In this document: piece after piece, positions 1-9,969 of the stretch
Layout: each line of letters opens with the position of its first letter
Position numbering within the stretch: the first letter of the stretch is position 1
NCBI GenBank assembly: GCA_025558095.1
Contig: JAIVFI010000004.1
Span: forward strand, 186,001 to 250,000
DNA from: Hyaloraphidium curvatum SAG 235-1
Lineage: Eukaryota > Fungi > Monoblepharomycota
Length of the DNA: 64,000 bases
Reading direction: 5' to 3'
The notes under the pieces: model-generated
Told to the model about the DNA's origin: nothing
Database searches by the model: none
Seen by the model: only the letters and a program-made list of their open reading frames with translations
Translations under genes and position numbers: made by a program

Positions 1-1664
1 ACGGCCGAGGAGCTGGAGATCACCGAGACACCCGCCTCGAAGCTGCTGGAGAAAATGGCATCAGGATCGCTGTCCGCCGTGGACGTGGTTACCGCATTCG
101 GCAAGCGGGCTCTTATCGCCGACCAGGTCCGTTGGCGACGCGCCGATCCCGCTATGAGGATGCTCATTTCCGTGCTCATTTCCGAAAGGTGGTCAACTGC
201 CTCACCGAGGTGTTCATCGACATGGGAATTGAGCAGGCGAAGGAGCTCGACGCGCACCTCAAGGCGACCGGAAAGCCAAAGGGTCCCCTGCACGGCCTGC
301 CCATCAGCCTGAAGGACCAGTTCTCCGTCAAGGGCATCGAAACCACCATGGGCTACTCCGCCTGGGCCGGCAAGCCCGCAGAGGAAGACTGCGACCTTGT
401 CGTCGCCCTGCGAAAGGCGGGGGCGGTGTTCCACGTCCGCACGAACGTCCCGCAATCGCTCATGGTCGGCGAGACGATGAATCCGATATTTGGTCTGACG
501 ACGAACCCGCGGAACCGGACGCTCACATGCGGCGGGTCGAGTGGCGGGGAAGGGGCGCTGATCGCGATGAAGGGAAGCCCGCTGGGCGTCGGGACGGACA
601 TGTCGGTACAAGTGTGGCCCTCGATCGTCGCAACGACTAATCGTGTGCATCGCCATGCGTCGGACAGCGGCGGATCGATCAGAATTCCCTCAGCGTTCAA
701 CTCACTCTACGGCCTCAAGCCCTCGTACAACCGACTGCCCTACGGCCTCGCCGCCAATTCCCTCCTCGGGCAGGAGAGCATCGTCTCTGCCCTCGGCCCG
801 ATATCGGAGGACCTCGCCGCATGCGAAATCTTTGTCCGCGCGGTGCTGGGGCAGGAGCCGTGGCAGCACGACCCGAGCTGCCTCCGAATCCCGTGGAACG
901 AAGCTGCGGCGGGGTCGCTGGAGGGGAGAAAGCCCGTGTTCGGGTACCTGGTCGGTGATGGGAATCTCGACCGGGTGACGCCCCCCGTGGAACGCGCGGT
1001 GACGGACACCGTGGCCAAGCTCAAGGCCGCCGGGTACGAGGTGAAGCCGTTCGAGATGGTGGGGAGGAACGAAGGTGCGCTGCTCGTCCTGAGGATCTGG
1101 GCGGCCGACGGGGGCAAGGACATCACGAGGGACGTGGACGCGGGCGGCGAGCCGTACGTCCCGGCACTCGCTTGGGTCCTCGCTGCGCGTGGCAAGGGCA
1201 TCGACGCTTACGATTTCTGGCAGGTGGGATAGCCAGTACGGCGGATCGAACCCGCTGCTCACAATTCCGCCGATCGCCAGCTCAACAGGCAGAAGGACGT
1301 GATCCGCCGGCGCTGGCTGGAAGCCTGGAACGCCAGCGGCATCGACGCCCTCATCCTCCCCCCTGCGCCGTGGCCCGCGCCCCCACACAACAAAATGACG
1401 TACTATTCCTACACCGGGCACTTCAACCTGCTGGACGCTACCGCGGGCATCGTGCCGCACTCGTTCGTGCAGGCCACGGACGCATACCCGGAGGGATACG
1501 AGCCGAAGAACGCGGACGAACAGATGGTCGCCGAGACGTGGGGTTCCGCCGAGGTGTTCGAGGGCGCCCCGGTCTGCGTGCAGGTGGTGTGCAGGAGGCT
1601 CGAGGAGGAAAAGTGTCTTGCTGCCATGCGGATCGTCGACGGCGTGATCCGGGGCGGCAAGTGA
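1..1664 (+). CDS. Amidase-signature family enzyme (acetamidase/FAAH-like), 5'-truncated by the window
   Basis: Motifs GLPISLKD, GGSSGGEGA and GTDI/GGSIRIP (joined across intron 602-667). Further GT-AG introns at 127-188 and 1224-1280. Stop at 1664. Confidence 0.92.
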
Positions 1665-1771
1665 GTGCTGGGAAGGTGGAATCACGATCGTTGCACAAGT
1701 TTGGATCTAGCGATGGTGTTGCTCTTCTTTGGCTTTCGATTCAAGTTCTTCCATTAGCCTAAAATCCAACC

Positions 1772-2521
1772 TCACCGGTTGAAGATCACAAACACCACCT
1801 GGTACACCGCGAACCCCAGCGTCCCGACCGCGGCCGCCGCTGCCGTCCCCAACCCGTGCGCCGCCCCCGCGGCCTTGGCAAACAGCTCGAGGAACCAGAC
1901 CAGGTACACGGTCATGAGCACGCGGAGCAGGTAGCCGGGCGCGGTCGACGAGCTGAGGGCGTCCTCGTATTCCCGCTGGTTGAGAAACTGTCGACGTGTG
2001 TGACGCGGTGAGGCCATGATCGGGCCAAAAAATCGCCATGGACCCACCCCGATGTAACCCAGGAACGTCGTGACGACGTCGTGCAGCCCCGTTGCCCATG
2101 TGGCCACCCCGATCCCGAAACCGAATGTGGAAAGTAGGGCCTCGAACGCGCCGCTGCCCCCTGCCGCGCGGGCGGCAATCTGCGCGAAGCCCGCCGCGGC
2201 AACCCAGCCCAGGAGGAAGCCTGGCGTGGTCAGGTACAGGTTCCATTGGTAGTAGACCTCCGGATCGATAGCAAGCCAGGGCTTGAACACCGTCGGGCGA
2301 CCCCCGTTTCGAGAGAGAAAGAAGTACACGGCGAGGTAGCACGCGATGGCAACCGACAGGCCCTGGAAGCCCAGGAGAACGCGCCGCGGGTCGTTGACCA
2401 GGGCATCGAACGTCCGGCGGGGCCGGAACACGGTCCCCAAGTAGTACTCCCCGAAGGAGGCCGGGCGCGTCGCGGGCGGGCCAGGCGGCGGCTGTGCGCG
2501 TCCTGTCCGTGCTTTCGACAT
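1772..2521 (-). CDS. Multi-pass membrane protein, YIP1-like (bacterial-type)
   Basis: N-terminal 'GTVFRPRRTFDAL' motif, ~5 hydrophobic segments and 'GGSGAFE', typical of YIP1-family proteins. In-frame 60-nt GT-AG intron at 1988-2047. Confidence 0.6.
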   Translation of the reverse strand: MSKARTGRAQPPPGPPATRPASFGEYYLGTVFRPRRTFDALVNDPRRVLLGFQGLSVAIACYLAVYFFLSRNGGRPTVFKPWLAIDPEVYYQWNLYLTTPGFLLGWVAAAGFAQIAARAAGGSGAFEALLSTFGFGIGVATWATGLHDVVTTFLGYIGVGPWRFFGPIMASPRHTRRQFLNQREYEDALSSSTAPGYLLRVLMTVYLVWFLELFAKAAGAAHGLGTAAAAAVGTLGFAVYQVVFVIFNR

Positions 2522-2661
2522 CTCCTCTGCCTAAGGCACGTGTCCTAACCCTCTGATGGACAGTTTTCCGTTGCCCGTAGGTGGCCGCTGATTGGCGGTT
2601 CGATTGGCGTGACGACGCGGCCTATAGCTCGCGGCGGATCGCGCAACTAAAACGGCCAACG

Positions 2662-3397
2662 ATGCGATTCGCCGTCCTGCTCACGCTGCTGCTCCTCGCG
2701 CCGGCGGCTTTCGCCAAGCCGGTGCTGCTGCGGCTCGCCCGCCGCGGCGATGAGGCGGCGGTGCCCGCAAAGGGCGACCGGCTGGCCCTTCCAGCGGAGC
2801 CGCCGCGCCCGCCCAGGCCGGCGTCCGCGCTCGAGTGGTGCGGCACCGACGAGGACATCTTCACGCTCGGCAGCCTGACCATCAGCCCGGACCCGCCCGA
2901 GAAGGGCACCAACCTGACCGTCAAGGTCGAGGGCTACCTGAAGGAGACCATCGTGCAGGGCGCCTACGCGGACGTCGTCGTCAAGATCGGCGTCGTGAAG
3001 CTGCTCGACACGCGGTTGGACCTGTGCGACCAGGGGAAGGAGCTCGTGGGGGAGGACTGCCCGGTGCAGCCGGGGCAGCGGGCCCTGGAAAAGACAGTCG
3101 CGATCCCGGAGCAGGCTCCCAAGGTGCGTCGCTGTGGACGTCGGCGGGCTGCTTTCTGCCGTCTTCTGCTGCCCATCGATGGGTTGCTTGGAGTTTTAGA
3201 CGCGTTCGATTTCCCTGGTCGCCCGAACTCGGACGCGATCTCGGATCTAGGCCTTCCACCCCGGCACACGAACCCCCTCTGACTTCCATCTCCCTCCTCC
3301 ACGCCTCCAGGGCAAGTACAAGGTCGCCGCCGTCCTCAAGAACGCCGACGACAAGCAGATCGCGTGCGTCAACGCGGCTTGGGACTGGGAGGAGTGA
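2662..3397 (+). CDS. NPC2: ML-domain (NPC2/PG-PI transfer protein-like) secreted lipid-binding protein
   Basis: Signal peptide MRFAVLL..., 'LTISPDPPEKG', 'DLC...CPV.PG'. Intron 3124-3310, then GKYKV...IACV...; stop at 3397. Confidence 0.85.
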
Positions 3398-3601
3398 GGC
3401 GCCCTTGGGGGTCGCGAATGCGTTGCTTCACACGGGAAGGTGGCAGATCAGCACTTAGATTGTACAGACATGGATACATGCTTGCCCAGGGCCTCCCTAG
3501 ATGGCCGCTTCGAACGACTCCGATCACTCGCTCGTGTTTACTCTCCTTGCGCGTCGACCACGTGTCGCACCGTTGCCTGGACGCCTGTCCCGACACCAGC
3601 A

Positions 3602-4165
3602 ATGCGTCCGCTCTTCGCCGGCCCCCTCCTCGCGCTCCTCTCCCTCCCGCGCACGCGGCCCTTCGTCCCACTCCCGGCCCCCATGCTCCCCTCCGACGCG
3701 CTCGGCTTCCGGTACGACGGCACCCTGGCCGAGCTCCCTGTCGCGGGGGCTTACTACCTCGAACCGTGCGGAGAAGGGTGCTGGCGCAACTGGCAGAATG
3801 CGAGCTTCGGCCCGGGCTCGCCCGGAGCGGAACTGTACGGCGTCGCCCTCGCGAACGGGACCTACCTGCAGGCCGCAATCGACATTCCGTCGGGGCGGTG
3901 CGAGCCGTTCGCGGAGCAGGTGGCGTGCACGGACTGGTGGAGGGTGCAACCGAAATGGTGGGCCAACGCGTGCGACGTGGTGAGGGGAGGTGACGGCGGT
4001 ACGGGCGGGGAGATGGTCATCAGGATCAGGGAACGGGACGGGGAGCCCTCGAAAGTGGCGGAGATGCTGGCCAGCGTTACGGTGGGGGAGACCAAGACGG
4101 GCTACGAGTTCAAGGTGCTCGAGGACCTGGAGGGGCGGGTGCCGCGCACGTCGTGCGGGTTCTAG
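3602..4165 (+). CDS. Putative secreted Cys/Trp-rich hypothetical protein
   Basis: Intronless ORF with a hydrophobic N-terminus (MRPLFAGPLLALLSL), 6 Cys and GC3-rich codons. No family recognised. Confidence 0.55.
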   Translation: MRPLFAGPLLALLSLPRTRPFVPLPAPMLPSDALGFRYDGTLAELPVAGAYYLEPCGEGCWRNWQNASFGPGSPGAELYGVALANGTYLQAAIDIPSGRCEPFAEQVACTDWWRVQPKWWANACDVVRGGDGGTGGEMVIRIRERDGEPSKVAEMLASVTVGETKTGYEFKVLEDLEGRVPRTSCGF

Positions 4166-4308
4166 GCGCGGATGGGCTCGGGGCAGCGGCATGGGTCTTG
4201 CATGGAAGAATGCCGGAGCTTCAATTCACGGACTACAACGACCAGGACGCGTCTCCTTCCCAGGATCACCAGTCCCGCGTCCCTCCCAGGTCCACGACCT
4301 CGATAGAT

Positions 4309-4389
4309 CTCCATAAACTATCTCCATAAACCTCCATAAACACCACGTCTCCAAAACGTGCTAGGGTGACCTCCATATGGATCTCCATA
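4309..4389. repeat. Cluster of CTCCATA motifs (5 exact, 1 variant)
   Basis: CTCCATA at 4309, 4322, 4332, 4371 and 4383; CTCCAAA at ~4349. Lies upstream of the AASDH-like gene. Confidence 0.6.
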
Positions 4390-4518
4390 GACCGAAAAAC
4401 TTGAGGTGACAGGGGCCCTGACACGCTGCGGCGGGAGGATCGAGGTCGAATCGCGATCGGAGCTTTGGAGCGAAACACCGCCACAACCAAGCGCGCTGCG
4501 GCTCCATGCGCGGCCCAG

Positions 4519-7500
4519 ATGTCTTCCGACGCGCGCGGAACATCTCTCTTTACCGATGACGCGCGCGTCGCCGGTCCTGGGTCTGCGGAACGCGTCTCGG
4601 GCGTCTTTGAACGCGTCGCCGCCCTCTCGGCCGCGAATCCCGGCGCGGTCGCAGTTCGCTTCCCTGGAACTCGGAATGGGCCTCGGGCGCGAGATTTGAG
4701 CTATTTGGAGCTGGTGGAAGCGGTGAATCGGTTGGTGGAGAGTCTGAAGGAGGGAGGGGTTGGTGTCGCGAGACTCCGGCTGCAATCCTTCGATATCTGA
4801 CGCGGCTTCCGCCGTGCCAGGTCTCTGAAGGTTCGCAGGTGCACGTTTTTCTGTCTCCGGGGATCGATGTGGTGGTCCTTATCTTGGCGTGAGGTCTACT
4901 CCGTGGCGACGACTAGTCGCAATGCTGAAGAACCTCGATCTTCGCAGAATCTGGGAAGCAGGGGCAACTTATGTGCCGCTGCCGATGGATTCCCGTTCCT
5001 ATGCCGTCTCGATCCTGAAGGCAAGCCAGGGATTCGTCATCTCGGACGGTGGCGGCGCCGACGTGAGAATTGTGTTGTCGCTCGCGGTTCGGTTCCGCTC
5101 ACTTTTCTTGCAGTCAGTGCGTGCTGCAGGCCTCACACTCGACTTGAAGACTATGTCGGACACAGGACTTCTCTTGGGAACCCTCTCTGGCGGCCAAGTT
5201 GCTGTGGCGACCGACGAGCGCATCGCTTACGTGATCCGCACCTCCGGCACGACGTCTAGAACGGGCTTTGGAACCGCTGTGCGCGTACCGCATTCCTCCT
5301 TCTTGACGAATCTCTGGTCCATACGCGATCGCCTCTTTTCTCCCGGCGGGGCAGCTATGACCCCGATCATTCCGCTCGTTTCTCCGCTCACGTTCGATCC
5401 TTCGCTCGTGGAGCTCTTTCTTCCCCTCGTTCTCGGTGGCACCGTCGTGATCCTGCCCCGGGAGGACCTCATCGCCCCGGACCGGCTCTTCCCGCACCTG
5501 GCGCGGTGCACCGCTATCTTCTGCACCCCGTCGCTCTTTCGACGGCTTTCTCACGAGCACCGCGCCGAAATCTTGGCGGGAGCTACGGACGTGCGAATGT
5601 TCGTGCTCGGCGGCGAGCCGTTCCCGCAGCAGCTCTTCGGATCGCACGCCGTCGACGTGTACAACATCTACGGAACCACCGAATGCAGCGTCTGGGCGAC
5701 GATTTGGAAGGTGGAACCCAGCGAGGAAGCGCTGTTGGGCGATCCGCTGGGGCCAACGGAGCTGGAGCTGCAGCCCATCGAGGTCGAGGGACGAGACGGA
5801 GAGCAACTGTTTGAACTCTACCTTGGCGGACAAGCACGGATTACCTACGTGGACGGCGATCCTGCGGGACAACCGCCCCTCCTGAGGCCGACAGGAGACG
5901 TCGTGCGCAAGGTCCGCGGAGGGCTGGCGTACGTCGGACGGCGGGACGGTGATGCCCAGGTCAAGATTGAAGGGCGGCGTATCGATCTTAGCCAGGTTTC
6001 ACATGCGATCCGGGAGTTGGGGGTCGACTGCGAGTGAGCCGATCGGACATCTTTCCCACGACTCGGAATCTCACGCATGTTGCATCAGGGTCGTCGATCT
6101 GCACGTGAACGGCAGCTCGGAGCTCGCCGCATTCTTGCTTCCGCCCCGCATGAACGAAGTCGCAGCTCTCCACCGATCTTTGGCCCTCAAGCTCCCCGCG
6201 CATGCCCTCCCTTCTTCGTATTTCCTGCTAGAGGAGCTTCCGGCGACAGCTAACGGCAAGGCAAGAGTGACTGCGCTTACCGACGCGATCGATAATGACG
6301 AGTTTGCTTCTCTAGGTTGACCACACGGAACTCAGGAAGCTTGCCAAATCTCTCGAGCCTGTTCTTCCTCTTCCAGCGTTGCACGTGCAAAGCTGGAGCC
6401 TACCCGACGTGCTTCGAAGCCTCATTTCTCTTTACGGAAGCATGCTACAAAAGCAAGGATATGCGGATCAGCACCCTTTGGGAAACATCTACTTCCTGGC
6501 GGAAGGCGGTGACAGCCTATCTGCCTCCTTTCTCGTCGAGCAAGTCTTGAGGGCCCCGGGCAGCCGTCAAGAGCAGAGGTCGCTCGAGCGCCAAAAGTGA
6601 CATTTTCTTCGTGCGCCTCGACCGCTCACGTACTGACTGCCCCTCAACCAGGCTCTTGGACAAAGTCTTACATGGAACCGCCGCCGACGTTGCACGGCTC
6701 GTCATCGACCTTCGCACAGAGCTTTCCGGAAACGGGGAATCGATTGAAGTGCACGAGCCGTCTGAATCTGCTCCACGTTCGAGTGCCGAAGCGTCTGCCG
6801 CGAACTCCATCATTGGGAAGCGCAAACGGATCGAATATGTGGTTGTGCTCGAGCGAGCCTCGGCACGAGCAGCGGACGCCCAGGCATCGACGTCTCTGTC
6901 GTCTGTTGCGGCTTGGATCGAACTTTGGGACCTTGATTTGAAGGCGTGCGTAGACGCTTCGCCACTGGTTGTACGTCAGGGAAGCAGTGGGACAATCTTT
7001 ATCGGTTCTCACGCGGGGATCTTCTCGGCCGTCGCTCTGGACGGCAGTGTGCGATGGACAGCTCAGCTCGGTGGCAGGATCGAGTCCACAGCCTGTTTGG
7101 TGGGGGATCTAGTCTGCGTCGGTGGGTCTTCGCGCGCGGATTGCGTGTCGCGCAGCTGATGACAACCAGGGTGCTACGATGGCCGTGTCTATTTCCTCTC
7201 TGCCGAATCTGGCACCCTTTTTTGGACGTTCGAAACGGGAGATCTGGTCAAGTGCTCGCCCTGCCCCGTCGGAGACGATGTAGCCATTGGTTCGCACGAT
7301 CACTTCTTTTACCGCCTCTCACCGAACTCGAAGTCAGTGGTGTGGAAGCTGGACCTCGGAGCGGGGATCTTTGCTCGGCCCGGGTGCATTGTGGACGGAG
7401 ATGGACAGAGGATCATTGTTGGCACGCTCGGCGGCTTTGTTTTTGCCATTGATGCCTCCAGTGGAGCAAAGCTGTGGAGCGTTGATATGGGGAAGCCCAT

Positions 7501-7999
7501 TTTCGCAGCCCCGGCGTTCAGGTCGGGCGGCGGCGTTTACGTTGGCACTGTTGGCGGCACTCTTTCGGCCTTGGATGCGGCAGGGTCAATGCTTTGGAAT
7601 TACTCCGCAGGAGCTCCCATTTTCTCGACTCCTGTCGTGCACTCCCCCTCGGGCACAATCGTATTTGGCTCTCATGCCAAGCGGATAACGGCTCTATCTC
7701 CTGGTGGCAGAGAAGTCTGGAGCTTTTCTACCTACTCTCAAGTCTATGCGAGCGTGTCGATCTTGGGGAAGACCGTCTTCGCTGCGGATACGGACGCCCA
7801 CGTGTTTCTTTTGGACATTGAAGACGGCTCAGTCCAAGACTTCTTTGTCGGGTGCTCCGCGGAAGTGTATTCTAGCCCCGTCCCCTTGGATGCGGCAACG
7901 ATCGTACTCGCAGGCCGCGACGACCGGCTACACCTCTTCCACCGCGCCGCTACAAACTCCACGGATCCTCCCAGATTCCAAGCGCCTGGTTCCACTTGA
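4519..7999 (+). CDS. AASDH: AASDH/ACSF4-like NRPS-like enzyme (adenylation + carrier + PQQ-type beta-propeller)
   Basis: A-domain motifs YVIRTSGTT, LTFDPS, NIYGTTE, TGD, GRRD..QVKIEGRRIDL and TANGK/VD (GC-AG intron 6261-6315). Carrier motif GGDSL. C-terminal 'ACVDASP', 'IFIGSH' and repeated W-containing PQQ blades. Several short introns; start and first exons approximate. Confidence 0.85.
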
Positions 8000-9778
8000 G
8001 CCCCAAGCCGCGCTTCGCCATCTCGTAGGCGCCATATCCAACGACGACCGTCGGCACCGCTTTGGCCAGCGTGAAACCTCCGCCTCGGAAGAAGCCAATC
8101 AGCCCATTACGGCGATATATGGAGGCGATGCAGTCAGCTGTGGACCTGTATGAGTACGGATGGAGAGGCGTGTCTTGCGCCATCATGCGCGCTCGCACGA
8201 GAAGCAGAGGGTAGAAGCACAGCTCGGAGACCGTGGCTGCGACTGCCGCGAAGGAAAGGACGAGATGGATCGGCGGTGGCGACTAGTATTAGACGCAATC
8301 AGCTGTCTACTTCGGGCGACGCAACCTGACCGAGCAAAACCTACGTAGCCGCTGGGTCCGGGCGGATTCTTGTCGAACCAGCGTTTCTCGAAACTGTCGT
8401 AAAGCGCCTCCGACATGCTCATGAAAGGAACGGTGGAGAACAGCGTGGCCGTGGTTCCTTTCCAGAAGCCTCGCAGTCCCTGCGTCTGCAGAATTCGCGC
8501 CGCAGATTGCGCCATCGTCAGGGAAGTTCGGCCCGGCAGAGTCGGTGCAGGCGCTCGTGCTTTGCTCCTCCCTTTGTCCGTCAATGCCTTGAGGTCCGTA
8601 TCCGCATCCGCGATCCGTTCCACGCCCGACATCATGCGCGTTCGAATGTTGTCCAGAGGCTGCAAAAGTACGGCAGCGACAGCGGTGCTGGCTGATGCGG
8701 CGGCGAACATTCCGCGGCGAGATATGTCGTGCGGTTCGTCGGGGCGGCCCTCGTACTCAGCGACTTTGAACCGAAAGTAGCCCAGAGTCAACACTCGGCA
8801 GGAAGCTTCGAGCGGGAGCTTCAGAAGGTTGATGGCCGTCCCGCGCCATAAGCCTCGGATGAGTCCACCATCCTTGGCGATCTGCTTGATGGACACAGCC
8901 AGCTTGGAGCCCGAGTGCGGCCTCGCGTAGATCCGAGTTCCCCGTCGCGCCCTATGCGGTGCCATCGGCATCCCCCCAAGTTGGTAGAACAGACGGATGC
9001 GGTCCAAAGGAGCAGTCACAATGCGAGCCACGGCGGCCGAGATTCCGGTGGCCAGGACGATGCCTGATTGCAGTTCCTCCGCCCGTGCCGCCTCCGGCGG
9101 TAGCACAATCAAATCCAGTCCAAAGACAGAGTGCCCGAACCTGTGTGTATCGGCATAGTATTCGTAGAGGCCACCAAGCGACGTATGCTCGTCCGGGTTG
9201 AGGAGAAAAATATCGCGGAACGCCGGGAAAGACAGCTTGCCGTCGATAGAGTGGGCTTCCAGGCCATCGATAAACCTGTCTTGCTCGTGGAGCGACAGCT
9301 CCAGCTCGTCCGCCAGGGCAGCTTTGAGCTCCTCCCGGTCCAACCGCCCGTCGCCGGACGTATCCAGGGTCTGGAATAGCGACCACAGTTCAAGCTCTCT
9401 TTGCAGGACGAAGTCCTGGAACTGCTGGAAGCTTATCTGTCCCTCCTGCGCGTGGCACTCCTGCAGCAGCTCGTGCGACAGTTTGTCAGCGGCCGTCTTG
9501 TCCCGGAGTTGGGCCTTGCGCTCCCGCCGCCGCGTCCGCACATGAGCCTCGCCCGGCGAGTCTGCATCCTCCGGCGGTTCATCAGCAATCCGCTGGAAGT
9601 ACGATTGGAGCTCCTGGGCATCGATGAACCCGCTGCCGTCCTTGTCGAGCGCGTCAAAGAGCGCTTTCACGCGTCGCCTGTTGAATCGAAGCGACCCGGG
9701 AGGCAGGGGCAGCACGTCCCGGTTCTCATCGACGGCGCCAGGAAGCGGCCTCGGAGCCCGCGAATCGAAAACGACCAT
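7950..9778 (-). CDS. EF-hand mitochondrial carrier (Sal1/SCaMC-like, divergent)
   Basis: EF hands DKDGSGFIDAQEL and DTSGDGRLDREEL. Carrier signatures PLDRIRLFYQ, PLDNIRTRM and P..LVRARM; GLWRG/GFWKG/GFFRG. Intron near 8290-8347. Confidence 0.85.
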
Positions 9779-9969
9779 TTCAGGATTCCTCGGCCCGCAG
9801 TTGTCCGCGCCTTCAGGGACGGACGAACTAATGGCGCGGCCTTGGCCGAAGGTGTCAGCAGCCCCCTCGGTCCGCGTCGCCCGACTTCGAACCCCTGGAA
9901 AACCGAGCACTTCTTGCTCAATAACTCCTCTAAATCACAATCCTGCATACAGACATAGAGATCAATCCA

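Noticed and set aside
3124-3310. snoRNA in the long NPC2 intron (palindrome CCCATCGATGGG)
   Set aside because: No C/D boxes or H/ACA arrangement found.
1-9778. Secondary-metabolite cluster around the NRPS-like gene (with amidase and carrier)
   Set aside because: The A-T-PQQ gene is the conserved AASDH type, and the neighbours are functionally unrelated with no tailoring enzymes or cluster transcription factor.
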